From NCBI GenBank assembly GCA_964016885.1, contig OZ024748.1, positions 29,574,001 to 29,638,000 of the forward strand: DNA of 64,000 bases, given 5' to 3'. The stretch is from Eledone cirrhosa (lineage: Eukaryota). Position 1 is the first letter of the stretch; every line of letters begins with the position of its first letter. Below the pieces are notes generated by a model. That model had not been told where the DNA came from and ran no database searches. It was given only the letters and a program-made list of their open reading frames with translations. Of the stretch, positions 35,614-50,600 are shown one piece after another. A program made the position numbers and the translations under genes.

Positions 35614-38600
35614 CTGAAAAAATAAACACAAAACAAATTATTAACAATTAGTCTTGTACATAACATTATGATGAGATAAATGTCAATATCATTTTATTAT
35701 ATGTTATGTGCTTAAACCACAGTATACCATGTTCATCATCATGTATACCTCCTACTCCTCATTATTATTTTTATTGGCAGTATCGGTAGAGGGTCGGACG
35801 CCATGCTTTAACGCATAGAGTTACGGCCCTTGCCATTCTGAGTTCAAATCCCGCCGAGGTTAACTTTGCCTTTCATCCTTACGGGGTCGATAAAATAAAG
35901 TACCAGTAATGAACTGAGTAATTGCTGGCCATATGCCTAACGTAGAAACAATTATTATTTTTTTACACATGCTTTTGACATTGGCATAGGGTTTGCTAGG
36001 TTGGCTGGCTTGTCATAAGCTTACACCAACACGCCACCCACACTTCCTTCCATTCAATTAGAAGCTATAATTATAGCATGTATATATATATGTAGGGAGA
36101 TACAAACAGGCTTAGTCCAGCAAACCAAAGATGTGGGTTCATGTCCCATGTACAATCAATAGTCATCCTTTTTTTCCATTCAGAGGGTTTTTTAAAATCC
36201 CAACTAACAGACTCATTTTATTTAGTCAAATACGGCGTAAGCACATGATACTACCTAATTTTCAAATGTAATAAGGCTAAATGACTATATAGTATGTTAC
36301 GGATTTTGATCTGAAAGCCTGGAACCTGGAACAAACACTCTTTGAAAGAGGCTACCAAAATGGCCAATACTTGTGACAAGTAAAAAAGACAATGGTGATG
36401 ATGAGGATGAATTAACAAAATAAAATGAAATTCATCTATAACACTGAAATAACAACCAAGTAACACACTGGATTGGTTCTGCTGTCTTAGTGCATAACAT
36501 TGTTGGCGTGGCTCAGATGGCAGCAAATGTTTTTGGAAGGTGATCAGTTGAATTAGAAATGTTTTTATGCTTTGCAGACTAAAGATTGACAAGAGAAAAC
36601 AAAGAATTTTTGTATGCAACATCACATATTCAATGATGTCAGAAAACCAGATGAAATAAAGCTGTGGGCTGGATTTGGCCCAGAAGCTGTGGTTTGCCAA
36701 CCTCTGGTTGAGATCTTTTATTTTTTAACATTTTGTAATGATTTTAGCAGAAAATATCTAAAAATGAATTTGTTAATTCAAATGTTTATTGTATCTTTAC
36801 TAGCGGACAGGCTGTTGTGAAAATTGCAGTATTAGAGCCAAGACCTTAATTTCTAAAGTGATGCAGTCATAGTGCTGTTTCTGCACTTTTCATTAAAGTC
36901 TTGCTAATGTGGTTTTATGTGGTACAGAATATTGAGATTAAATTATAATACTTCTTTTACATTTTCTATAATTTTTTACCTTTTTCTGAAGCCAAAATGG
37001 ACGTGAAGGCTGCACAGACATCTTTAGCCATGTTCTTGGCATCACCGCACACATAGATAGTGGCACCTTTGTCTAACAAATCAACAAGCTCCTTGCTGTG
37101 GCATTGAAGATTATCTTGGACATATTTTGGTGAACCTTCAGGTTGTTCATCACGAGAGAAGCAGACAAAGAGCTTACTGAGACATTTCTTCTCAAGAAAC
37201 TTCTCGATTTCATTCCTGTAATATCAGTAAAATATATATTAAAAGATATTGCTAATAAATACCAGGTAACACAAACATTTTTGTTACCTTCATTTAAACT
37301 AAATTTAACAGTCCATTTCGCATTCTCAACCTTCTTAAAATAAATCATTTTCTATATTATACATGATGCACAATGCTTCAAGCAAAATGAAGTATACAAA
37401 TTAATTACCACAATGTGCACCCTGGTTTTTAAAATAGGCACAAGATAAAATTGTATCTCGGTATGGGGTAAGAAGAGCTCCAAAAATGCTGCCCCATAAA
37501 ATCCTGTCCAACCCAAGTCAGAATAGAAACATGGACATAAAATCAAAGATGAGAAGATAAATTTCAGATAGAAGTAACCAAAGTCATAGCTAAACTCTGT
37601 GTGTGAGTATGTGTGTGTACTGGAGTGAGGGTCACACTTCATGACAAAACTGAAGAAAGTATACTCCAGCTTGACCATAACTATATGATATAAATCAGTA
37701 AAACAATAAAAAAAATTACCCAAAAGTATTAAAAATAATGTTAAGAGAAATCTTTTAATTCATTACATTTAAGGGAACATGTGTCTTTGGAATATTCAGC
37801 CACTTACACACTAATTTAACATGTTGGCCAGCTCAGTGTCTATGGTGGTGAGTAGAGAGGTAGCCCTAGGGCCAAGGATACCAGAAGTCACTACTGCCAA
37901 GAGCACAACCACAAACCTGTGGGAGAGCAACTGGTACTTGGCAAGTTTGGCTTCCTTAGCACGACGTGCAGCAGAACCTGGGTTAGTCACAGACTGCACC
38001 AGTTTGCGGCTGGAGAAATTGTCGCTGCAAGTGGCATCCCAGACGAGGGGTTTACCACCGCGGAACGAGAAGATGGTCATGCCGTCTGGCCTTTTGCCAC
38101 CCCCTCGGTCCAGCCCCACTGGCTCAAGTTGGGAGGGGAAGCCTGCAGCATCCAAGCCTGCTTTATGACCACGTTGAGGACAGCCGACACTGTGGCGACA
38201 GGAAAGCGAGTGGTTTGCGGTTGTGCCCATGGCAGTGGAGACTTCTGGTGTCCTAGGCCCTAGGGCCACCTCCCTACTCACCACCATAGGCGCTGAGCTG
38301 GCCAACCGCAGGTGTGAGCCTAGTGAGTTGGAATGGCTCTTCTAGCACATCCCTCTTACCATCCTCTAGGGAAACGCCTTCTTCATTCTGTCCGCCGGGG
38401 CTGTGGGGAGGCCAGCACGTGGGACCCCATTTGCTCACCATACAGAGAGATGGGGAGGGCGACAGGTATGGAGGCGATGACAGTGGGAGTTCGGTTCTTC
38501 CACGTTCAGACCATACCCTTGTGGTTGTCTACATAATATATTTATGTCTACTGTTGCACATATACAAATGTTCTAGTTTAGATCGTACTTGTATTTAATA

Positions 38601-41600
38601 TGTTGGATGTTCAATTGATTGAGCAACTGAATACCCATCTTCGAATCTGACGGAGGGTCTCCCCCACCACCACAAGCAGCAGCAGCTCCAGTACAATCAC
38701 CACCATCAACTGCACTACCACTACCATCACCACCTGCAACAGTCCAACCACTAGCACTACCAGTGCTTTGGAAACCAACATTGGTAAAAAACCAAAGATG
38801 TCAAACCTCTCCTATGCAGATGTCATAGCCAGAGACTCAGGTATTGATGTTCAGGATCTAGGCAATGTAATGGGTGATGGACATATGTGGAGATCTATCG
38901 TTGAGTCTATTTCAGCTGAGGCCACAGGATAATGATAATGATGTTGATGTGTATACAATTACTGTATATAAAGAAAAAAAAAACTTACTGGTAAAGGAAG
39001 TCTTTTTTCTGATGACGACAGCCATAGAACAACCAAGCTTCACCAAGAGGCTGAGTCTTTGATATATGGTGACGGTATTGCAGAAAACCAATGAAGGGTG
39101 AAATACCAGTTCCTGGACCAATCATAATTAGCGGAGTCTTTGAGTCTGATGGCAAATGAAAGCATTGGTTTGTTCGTGTGAAGAACGATATCTACAATAA
39201 TAATAACAATAATAATAATGATTTCTAACAATAATAATAATATGTTTTCTTTATTAACCACAAGGATTTACAATAAATACATTAAGGACAACGCAGGATG
39301 GTACAATGCAGGTTTCTGCATGAAAAAACAAACATAAAACAAAGGATGTAAGTAAAAAAAATAGAACAAAAGAAAAATTCCCAATGGAGGGCTTTCCGAG
39401 GTTTACTTGTGGAGAAAGCCCACAAAAAACCAAAGTCACCCTGACATTGCCAGGGCAAGTGCCCTCGCCCAGGTGTCCTTCAATCTACAGGCACATTCAA
39501 ATGATAATATTTTCAAGCAATCTATCATCATCATCATTTTACGTCCCCTTTTCCTTGCTTGCAAGGGTGAGACAGCAACTGATTCTGGCTTGATTTCTAC
39601 AGCTGGATGCCCTTCCTAACACCAACCTCATTTACAGTGAGTGCTGGGTGCTTTTTTGCCGTGGTGCCTACACGTCCACTTTACAGTGGAATGATAGGGA
39701 CTCCAGTCCCATCATCTCATTTCTACAGCTCAGCAAACTGGAGCAATGTGAAATAAAGTGTCTTGTTCAAGGAAACAACACATCACCCGGACTGAGAATT
39801 GAACTCACAACCTTTCGATTGCAAGCCCAATGCTCTAACCACTAAGCCATGTGCCTTCACTATATATATATGATTATAATAGAGGGAATGAGATAAAGGA
39901 AAATAGATTAATGACAAAGATCGTATATGTGTGTGTATGTGCATGTGTATGTATGTAAGCATGCATGTACATGTGTGTGCTTTGTGTATGTGTTTGAATA
40001 CATGCTTTGTCCCAACCATTTCTCCATATGACTATAATCTTAAATAATTTTGAAAATAATCAAGAAATTAGAGGGATTTAGCAACTTTTTCGTTCTTAAC
40101 CAAGGGTGTTTGGAACATAACTTAACAAAGGTTCTTACATAAAATCCTGATGGAAGGTTTTTAGTTAAATATAAACACTTTTAAATAAGCAGCTTTGCAT
40201 TGTAGAACAAGGAGCGATTTCAAGCAGTTTCGTATTAAAAGGGCTCATAATGGTTTATGATTTAGGCACAAGGCCAACAATTTTTTTATGGGGGGGGTTA
40301 ATTAAATCGACCCCAGTGCATTACTGGTGCTTTATTTTATCAACCTTGTAAGGATGAAACTAAGTTAGAATGTAAAGAGCTGTAACTATATGCTGCAAAG
40401 CATATTGTCTGATACTGCCAATCCACCACCCTTATTAAAAGGGTTAATAATGGTAACACTTACCACTGGTTTCTCAGCCAACGACAGAGTATTTAGAGAG
40501 ACAGGTAGATCTTTTTGGTCTGTGTTTGAGTCTGATTGTAGAGCAAGAGTGAGCTGGTCAAGCCAGCCAGTACACACACCCTGACGGTGGTAACGACGGC
40601 CACGACCAGCTGGAATCTGGATCACATTGAAGACTATGTGTAGTTTGTTCTTATCAGTTTCCTGGCAACTATAAATTGTCAGACAGATAGAGATAAAGAT
40701 AGATACAGAGATAGGTGTACAGGAAGGAGAAGAGAGGGGAGAGAAATAGAGAGATATAGAGATAGATATAGATGTAGAACTGAGATGGTAGGTAAGTAGG
40801 GGATAGTGGTGTAGGGGTAGAGAGGAGAGAGAAACATAGATAGAGAGAGGGTATTGTTGTAGCTCTCTCTCTCACTTCTACTAACCTTGCAACAGAATAA
40901 GGCCTGGGATACAGTCGGGGAAGAAGCTCTACAATAGAGAATAAGAAGAACACAAGAATAAGGACTCAGAATGTGTTTAGATCATTTTTTCAAATTACAA
41001 CTGAGAAAAAAACACTTTAAAAATAGAATAAAATAAAGTTTCCAATTTACATAATCTTTACAAGTGTATGTGTATATATGTATCAATTATACAAGTTTTT
41101 AAAATATGTATCAGTATCATCATCATCGTTTAACGTCCATCTTCCACGCTAGCATGGGTTGGACGGGTTTGTCCCACTTGAGGCAAGATTGGCCAGGTGA
41201 CCATGTCTCGCTTGTACAGAACTGTTTCTGGCAGGTTTTCTACTGCTGGATGCCCTTCCTAACACCAACCACATTTACAGCCTGGACTGTGAGCCTTTTT
41301 ACCGTGTCTCCAAATGGAATATATATATATACTAGTATAATTGTTTCTACTTTAGGCACAAGGCCAGCAATTACCCAGTGCATTACTGGTACTTTATTTT
41401 ATCGACCCCGTAAGGATGAAAGGCAAAGTCAACCTCGGCGGGATTTGAACTCAGATCGTAAAGGGACGTAACTATGCTGAAAGCATGGCGTCCGACCCTC
41501 TACCGATACTGCCAATCCACCGCCCTAGTATAATGCTATAAAATAGGTTGCCGTTTATAGTAAAAATTATTTAATTTGATAATTCCTTGATTACAACATA

Positions 41601-44600
41601 TGTAAAGGTGTGTGAATCCTTAATTTCCCTTAACCTTCTCCCACTTGTCACTCTGGCTATCACTATTTAATTTCATACATACATTTAAATTAATCTATAC
41701 TATAAAAGAGAGGCTGTTTCTCCCTCTATCTGTCCATCACAACATTTTCCCACTACATCTCTTGTGTACGCACTGTCTGCATTTGGTGCACTGGATAGAA
41801 TTTCTGCCCACCCCTTTCCTGCATACCGAGCAGGTCCATTTCCTGGAGGGTATCAGAGCTCTATTTCCTCTACTGCTACAGGGATTTTGGACTTGGACAG
41901 GTTGACTTTGAGGCCTTTTGTTTCCAAGTTGTGCTGGCATGTCTGAAATTTCTTCTCTAACTCTGTCATAGACTTGGCTAAGAGGGTAAGGTCATCAGCG
42001 TATAGTAATTCCCACGGGTAGACAGTCTTAAATTCCTCTATTATAGCCTGGTGCTAAGGACAGAACTCTGATGAACCCCCACCTGTACGCTGAATTCCTC
42101 ACTGTATTCATTGTTGATTTTAACTTAATTGGTGGCCCCTTTGTACATGGCTTGTACTGCTCTCACGAGCCACTCATCCACACCTTGTTTTCTGAGGGCC
42201 CACCCTATTACGGGTCGAGGGATTCTGTCAAAAGCCTTCTCTAGGTCCACGAATGCTAGGTAGAGCAGTTTGCTTTTAACCAGGTACTTCTGCATTTGTC
42301 TCACAAGGAAAAGGGCGTTGGTGATGCCTTTACTCGGCACAAATCCAAATTGCATTTCATCTAGGTCTTTATGATCTTTTATCAGTTGCGTTATGACTCT
42401 TTCTGTAACTTTCATGACCTGGTCAGACAGCTTTATGCCTCTGTAGTTATATATATATATATATATATATCACTGTAAATGAGGTTGGTGTTAGGAAGGG
42501 CCTCCAGCTGTAGAAAGCAAGCCAGAATCAGTTCCCATATGAGCAAGACATGGTCAGCTGACCGGCTACTGCCCACAACAGGACAACCACTTCTATGGAA
42601 CCTTCCTGTGACTTGAAGAGGTTTATATCACTGCTGCTCTTCCCTTTGATTTCTCTTGTGCATCTTCTGCATACAAAGTCTTCCCTTCCTGTTAGTCTAT
42701 CCATTATCCCACTACATCTCTTGTGTACACAAGATTTATATTGTGTAGATCGTATAAAGTTTATGCCTACTACTTTTCTACATATTGAACAGGGCCACTT
42801 CCCTGAGTAATTCAAGGTCTTATCTTCTTTCCTACATACTAACACTTTAGTTTTGGCTAAGTTTACTCTCAGGCCTTTTGATTCCAAATTCAGTTTCCAT
42901 AGTCGGAACTTATTCTTTAATTCTTTTATGAATTCAGCTATAAGGACCAGATCATCCACATAGAGAAGTTCCCATGGATAGCCAGTCTTAAACTCCTCTG
43001 TTATGGCCTGGAGAACTATGATGAAAAGCAGTCTAAGAACTGAACCCAGACAAGCTCCTACCTGTACCTTGAATTCCTCACAAAACTCACAGCCTACTCT
43101 TACTTTACTGACAGCTCCTCCGTACACAGTTTGCACTGCTCTCACAAGCCATTCATCTACACTTAATTTCCTGAAGGTCCACCAGATAATAGATTGAGGT
43201 ACTCTGTCAAAAGGCCTTTTCTAGATCAACAAAAGCTAAATATAGTAGCTTATTCTTGGCTAGAAACTTCTCTTGTAGTCGCTTCACTTTTCCCAGGCAT
43301 GAAACCGAACTGCATCTCATCTTCATTTCTTGAGCAATAACCATGGCCACTGTGAACTCCAGAGAATCCTATCCTGATACTGTCCAACATGTTCATTGAA
43401 GTTGCCTGACAAGATGATGAGGTCTCTTACATCAGTAGCTGAGGTTGTTAGTAAAAGTTCCTCATAAAACCTGTTCTTTTGTTCTTTACTTGGTCCTGCC
43501 TGTGGTGCATAGGTAGATGCAATTGTCACCATTTTATTTCCTACAGCTCTTCTAAGCTTGATAATTCTGTCACACTAACTGCCCCTATCACCTTATCTAT
43601 CCATTTCTCAGCAAGAAGAATGCCTACACCACTTACCTCATCATCATTTCCTGCCCAGTAAAGTTTGTATCTATGTCGTTTGCCATCCAGTCATAGAAAA
43701 CCTGCCAAATAATGGGTTGGAAGGACTCTTCAGTTGTATCAACCTCTCTAGTGCTGCTGTCATGATAAAGTGCTTTCAGTTGAGCACAGGATCATATGTA
43801 AGAAAGATGCAAGCCCCTGAACCATCTGAGAGGCCAGTAGCCCCACTTGAGTACTGAGTCAGTCAGTGAAGACCTGTCCAACCATTGCTAGCAGGGAAGC
43901 CAGACGTTAAATGATGATAATGATGATAAGAACAATACTTATATATATATATATAAAGAGAGAGAGTGCATGTGTGTAAGCATGTAAAACATGGGTAAAG
44001 AGAAATGAAATAAAGTTACCTAAAATCCGTTCAAATGGTGGCATCACAGATGGGAAATTGAGCAAGACATCAAGCAGAGAGAGACTTGGTTCACGAATGT
44101 AAGTGTTGTATTCATTCATTCCTTCCTTGCTGCACAGTTCCTGCAATCGTCTCTTCTCCTGATCATTTCTTGCATAGTCAACAAACAGTCGCAGCAAAGC
44201 CTGTAATTCAAGAGACAAGCACACAACTATATTGCTTTTGTAACATACATACAACACCTTCAAACACACAACCAACGTTTTTGCCACCACCATTACAACC
44301 ATTATTAGGTGAAGGCACATGGCCTAATGGTTAGAGCATGGAACTGACAATCATATGGACATGGGTGAACCATGCAGTATATTGCAGTCAGGAGAAAGTC
44401 ACTTCATAAGACAGCACACCTCCATCATTAAAAAATTTGAGAAACCTCCTGAGGTGCAACCTTGTATGGGGCCAGCTAAACCTACACCATCACTGTTCCC
44501 CTACCTCCTACTATCACCACTACTGCCATCAGCACCACTACCGCCACCACTATTCCATTGTCATTCCTACTAAGAGAAGAATCTTTAAACAGCAGAAAAG

Positions 44601-47600
44601 GTTACCTTTTTCGGGGGTTCTCTGATGTCTAGGCAGTGAGTAAGGGCATATCTTATGGTACACTTTGGAGGAAGGTAAGAAGGACAGGAAGCTTTTTTCT
44701 TTGTCGTATTTGGGGAGACGGACAGGCTGAAGAAGGCATCCCCTGCATTTTCCAGGTCAAGCCTAAAAATAATAAAAATAATAGATAAAAGCTGAATAAG
44801 CCATTCTTTTGCTTTAAATTTAATCATTTGTTAAAAGGTTGTCATGCATTAACCCTTTTGATACTGAACTGCCTGAAACAGCCCTATCTTCTATAATACA
44901 AAACTGCTTATTTTAAAGTGTTTATCATCATCAATTTTTAACATCCATTTTCCATGCTAGCATGGGTTAGACAAGTTGTCTTGACATGAGACAAATCAGA
45001 TCAGGTGACTGTATCATGCTCATACAGAACTGTTTCTGACTTTGTTTCTACTACTGGATGCCCTTCCTAATGCAAACCACAATTACAGTGTGTACTGGGT
45101 ACTTTTAATCATGGCACCAAAACGACCAACTGGCAGGTTGGGCTGGGTTCTTTTTCGTGTCACCAGCATGACCACCTTCTTTAAAAATCTTCCATTGTAA
45201 TTCTATGTAAGAATTTTTGAAATGTTATTCCCCAAACAACAACTTAGTAATAATCATTTCTAATTAAGACACAAGGCTAACAATTTTAGGGGAGTTGAAA
45301 ATTGATTATATCGACACCAGTACTTTACAGGCATTTATCGACTCTAGGAGGATGAAAAGCAAATTTGACCACCTAGGTGGGAATTGAACCCAAGAACACA
45401 AAGAGCTGGAACAAATACTGATAAAGCATTTGTTCAATGCTCTAACAATTTTAACAATCCATTATCCTTTCACACCAGTTTGATATTGAGAAAGTCAATT
45501 ATATTATTAAATCCCTCTAAATTCTTGATTGTTTCCAAAACGATATTTTGTTAGAAATATGGTAAAAGGGTTAAATAGTTTCATTTATTAATCAAACATA
45601 AGAAAGGAAAAAGAAAAAAAGGAACAAAAAGATGAGTAACTTTACACCCTTGGGTGGATAGTATATCACAGCTACCTCCTATGGACAAGATGGCAAAATC
45701 ATTGGTGCAAAGACTAGTCAACAATACTTCTTGAATCAGCCATTCCACCTTGTAAGGCTTCTCCCTCAGATGTGAGACTGCATTGGCAGTCCAGGGAGAC
45801 CAAGGTACCAATGAATAAAATAATAATACTGATTTATAACATAAATTAAAAAAATGTTCTTACATAAAATCATTATGGAAGGCTTTTAGAGTAATATAAA
45901 TACCTTAAAATAAACAGTCTTTTATTGTAGAAGCAGGGATGGTTTCAGGCAGGTTCTTATCAAAAGTATTAAAGCTACTAGAACCAGCCAAATGCTGGCC
46001 CTATAAATACTATGTTTAGTAAAAAGAGTAAAGTCTGATGCCAATTTGACTATACTGACCTTTGGATCAAATGATTGACCTCTCTTTCGTTGTTTCGAGA
46101 GATCATTGATATTGAATCTCCTGGTTGATAAACCACAGACTCAGCATCCTGTAGAATTATAGAACAGCTCTTGTATTTGATATAAATGGCGAGATGGATG
46201 GATGGTTAGACAGATGGTTGGGTGGCTGAATGGATGGTTAGATAGATTGTTGGGTGGATTCATGGTTAGATAATGGTTACATGAATGGATTTATAAGGCG
46301 AGAACAATAAAGAACAAACGAGAGAGAGAGAGAGAGAAAATAATATATATATATATATATTATCATCATCATTGTTTTTATGTTCACTTTTCCACACTTG
46401 CATCGGTTTGATGGATCCTTTTCAGCACAGCATTTCTCCACTCTCCGTGTTTCTTCATCATCTACCTCTGTGTGTCTCAGCAATTTGAGGACAGCTCTCA
46501 CCACCTCTGCCCAGGTCTTTTTTGGTCTACCTCTACTGCAGTTTCCATCCACTGGCATTTCCTGGCACCTCTTCACCAATTGATTATCATCCATGTACAT
46601 TACATGTCTGTACCAATGCAGTCTTCTCTCTTGCACATCACCTCAGATTCCTCTTAGACCTAGCTTCTCCCTCAGTTCATTCAAGCTCTGCCTTACTCTC
46701 ACGTTTACATCCAATGAAGCATGGCTGCTTCATTTCTCTCCAGTCTAAGCATGTCTTCTGCAGTCACTACCCATGTTTCACTACCATGCAGCATCACACT
46801 TCGCACACAGGTGTCATAGTCATCCTTTTGTTAATAGCGAGAGTAGCTCTTTAAACTTCTTCCATATTATCATTATTCTAGCTATAATGTTCTCAGAGCA
46901 TCCCCCTCTGTTGATGAAGTCACTGAGATAACAGAAGCTGTCCACCACTTCTATGGACTCTTCCTGTGACTTGAAGAGGTTTATATCACTGCTGCTCTTC
47001 CCTTTGATTTCTCTTGTGCATCTTCTGCATACAAAGTCTTCCCTTCCTGTTAGTCTATCCATTATCCCACTACATCTCTTGTGTACCCAAGATTTATATT
47101 GTGTAGATAGTATAAAGTTTATGCCTACTACTTTTCTACATATTGATAGGGCCACTTCCCTGAGTAATTCAAGGTCTTATCTTCTTTCCTACATACTAAC
47201 ACTTTAGTTTTGGCTAAGTTTACTCTCAGGCCTTTTGATTCCAAATTCAGTTTCCATAGTCGGAACTTATTCTTTAATTCTTTTATGAATTCAGCTATAA
47301 GGACCAGATCATCCACATAGAGAAGTTCCCATGGATAGCCAGTCTTAAACTCCTCTGTTATGGCCTGAAGAACTATGATGAAAAGCAGTCTAAGAACTGA
47401 ACCCAGACAAGCTCCTACCTGTACCTTGAATTCCTCACAAAACTCACAGCCTACTCTTACTTTACTGACAGCTCCTCTATACATAGCTTGCACTGTTCTC
47501 ACAAGCCATTCATCTACACTTAATTTCCTGAAGGTCCACCAGATAATAGATTGAGGTACTCTGTCAAAAGGCCTTTTCTAGATCAACAAAAGCTAAATAT

Positions 47601-50600
47601 AGCAGCTTATTCTTGGCTAGGAACTTCTCTTGTAGTCGCTTCACTAAGAAGAGGGCATCTGTAGTACTTTTCTCAGGCATGAAACCGAACTGCATCTCAT
47701 CTAGTTTTACTCTTTTCCCTAATTAGTTGTGTTATAACTTTTCTTTTGTGCATCAGCATCATTTCTAACACACTTTTCCCCAACAACACCCCGATTTCCA
47801 CTGACACATTACTTTGCAATGCAGAACACTTCATGTCACTGATTCTCACGTCTCAAGACACTGGCAAACTTTCTTTTTTCAGCCTCTCTCCGAGCTGTGT
47901 ATACCTGTCACCTTAGCAACCTGGTTTCTGCCACCCACTGCTTCCAAACCTTCTGTCTCCATATTTTCCTACATAGTTTGTTCTGCCTTGTCTTTTATTC
48001 TGATGTCACTAATAGCTAACCTGTGCTGGGCAGCACATTCTTCCCCAGGGAAGGGCTTAGTATTTATTACAATCCGTTTATCTCGTCTTACGAGTAAGTA
48101 ATCAATCTGGCTTGTGTGTTCACCTAAATCATGTGAAATAAGGTGGCCAGCTGGCTTCTTGAAATCTGTGCTGTAAATGGTTAGTTCATTCATGTCACGG
48201 TATTCCAGGAGCCTCAGTCCTTTATTTCTTGAGCCATAACCATAGCTGTTGTGAACTCCACAGAATCTGTCCTGGTACTGTCCCACATGTCCATTAAAGT
48301 CACCTGCCAGAATGATGAGGTTTCTTTCATCAGTAACTGAAGTTGTCTGTAAAAGTTCCTTATAGAACCTGTCTTTTGGTTTTTACTTAGTCCTGCCTGT
48401 AGAGCATAGGTATTTGTAATTGTCACCATTCTATTTCCTACAACTATTCTAAGTTTGATAATTCTGTCACTTACTCTAACTACTTCTTTCACCTTATCTA
48501 TCCATTTCCCAGCTAATAAGAAGCCTACACCTCTTACCCCATTGTCATTACCTGCTCAGTAGAGTTTATATCTGTTGTTTGCTTGAGATTAGTCTCAATG
48601 AGGCTCCTCTCCATTTCACTTCTTGTACACAGCATACATCTACTTATCTTCTCTCTAAGAGTTCCACAATTTCCCCTGATTTACCTTTCAGGATACCAAA
48701 ATTAAGTGTGGCAGTCATGAGGTTCTGTGTACCTGAAAGGGAAAAAGGCTGAGTGATTGTTTGATGATGGTCGAAGGGTTCTCGCACATGGCTACTCTAG
48801 CCATCCCACTACCAAGAGCAGGACTAATATGACTAGTGTTAGCCTTGTATATGCAATTAGTGGAAATCGTATTTGTGCTTGTCATATTTTGGCAGGGTTT
48901 TTCTGGCTGGATGCCCTTCCTATCACCAACCAATTTACAGCATGGACTGGGTGCATTATTCATGCCACCAGCACTAGAGAGGTTTCCTTACTGGACTCAA
49001 GAGTTTTCTCCACTCTATATCAATTTTTATTTGGAGTGTCTACTTTACTTCAGCCCTGTGCAGTCATTATTTCTCAAAGTCACCGCTCTCTTAGATGAGT
49101 TGCCTTCACCACGGCTTATGGAGTCCACATCAGCCCTGTGCAGTCATTTTTTTTATCAGAGTCACTGCCCTCCTAGATGAGTTGCCTTCACCATATAAAA
49201 TCATAATGGAAAGATTTTACAAAAAACAAACACTTAAAATAAACAGTTTCCGATCAGAGAACACTGTAGTTTGGTATTAAAAGAGGATTAACTTTGCCTT
49301 TCAAAATTCCAAAATCAGTATGATATGTATTAGAAGCCTATATAATCAAGAGAGATAGAGAAGGGGGGGGGGGAGATAAAGAAGACAAAAATATGCAGAA
49401 TGAGTGAGAGAGAGAACAAAGAGAGAAAGGAAAAAATGAGAGGAAAACCATCTTCAAGAAGATGGTCTTCCTACCATATTTAATAGGATTCCCAAGAAAA
49501 TGTCAATGAAATTCCTGAAGAAACCAAGTAGGAAATTAAATTGTGAATAATTTTGTATGTTGCAGGCTCGACTTGCAACATACAATGTGGCCTGACCCTC
49601 CCCATTCAACCACTGCTCACTAACAGCTAGCCTCAACACCACTACACCACCATCGCCGCACTCACCCCATGCCCACTCCTGACACGTGTTCCTAGCTGCT
49701 TCCTCCTTGTGAAGTGGTTGATGATAGGAAGGGCATCCAATCGTAGAAAGCTTGCCAAACAAAAGGTTAGGAGGACCCTTCAGTCATGTCAAGGACATGA
49801 GTCTCCTTAGTTTTTGATCTACATGATAAATGCACTCAGTACATGCTCTAAAGTGGTTGGTGATAGGAAGGGCATCAAGTCGTAGAAAGCTTGCTAAACA
49901 AAGGGTTGGGAGGACACCCAGTTGTGTCAAAGACATTACAACCACTCCTGTGCACTCAGTAGAACACTCAGTAGAACACTCAGAGACCATACTTAAACAA
50001 GACGACACATCCTTCATTTGTCTGGGAGATCAGTAAGCGACCACTTCAGTACTGACTTGGTCTATGCAGACCTTGCTAGTAGGGAAAGCAGATGTTAAAA
50101 TGATGATGATGATGGAGACAGTTTATTTACCTCAAAGAAAAGTTCAAGATCCAGAGTAGTCTTAACAGCTCCAGGATTTGTAAGACAGGAACAGTGCAAG
50201 ATTGTGGCTGTTTGGATAGAAGACACCATGCTAGGAAAACTGGCTCCATTTTGAACTTCTGAATTGTATAAATCCTGTAATGTAGAGATAAAAGTGTGTA
50301 GTATGTCTATCAGTACAAACATACAGCATGGAAAAGGAAGAGCAAGAAAGATGGAGGCAGTGGTGGTGAAAGCTGATCTAAAAAAAACTCACCCAACAAA
50401 GGAGATGACAAAGGAAAAAAACAAGCAGAGAGATGTAATGCTGAACTGGAGAGGACTTATATAACCCATGCTAGCATAGAAAAATGGACATAAAAATAAT
50501 GATGATAATGATAAGTCTGTGTGAATGCTGTGAATGCTATTTTCATTTTCAAAATCTACTTATCACAAACACAGATACAGACACAGTATCAATTTCTCAG

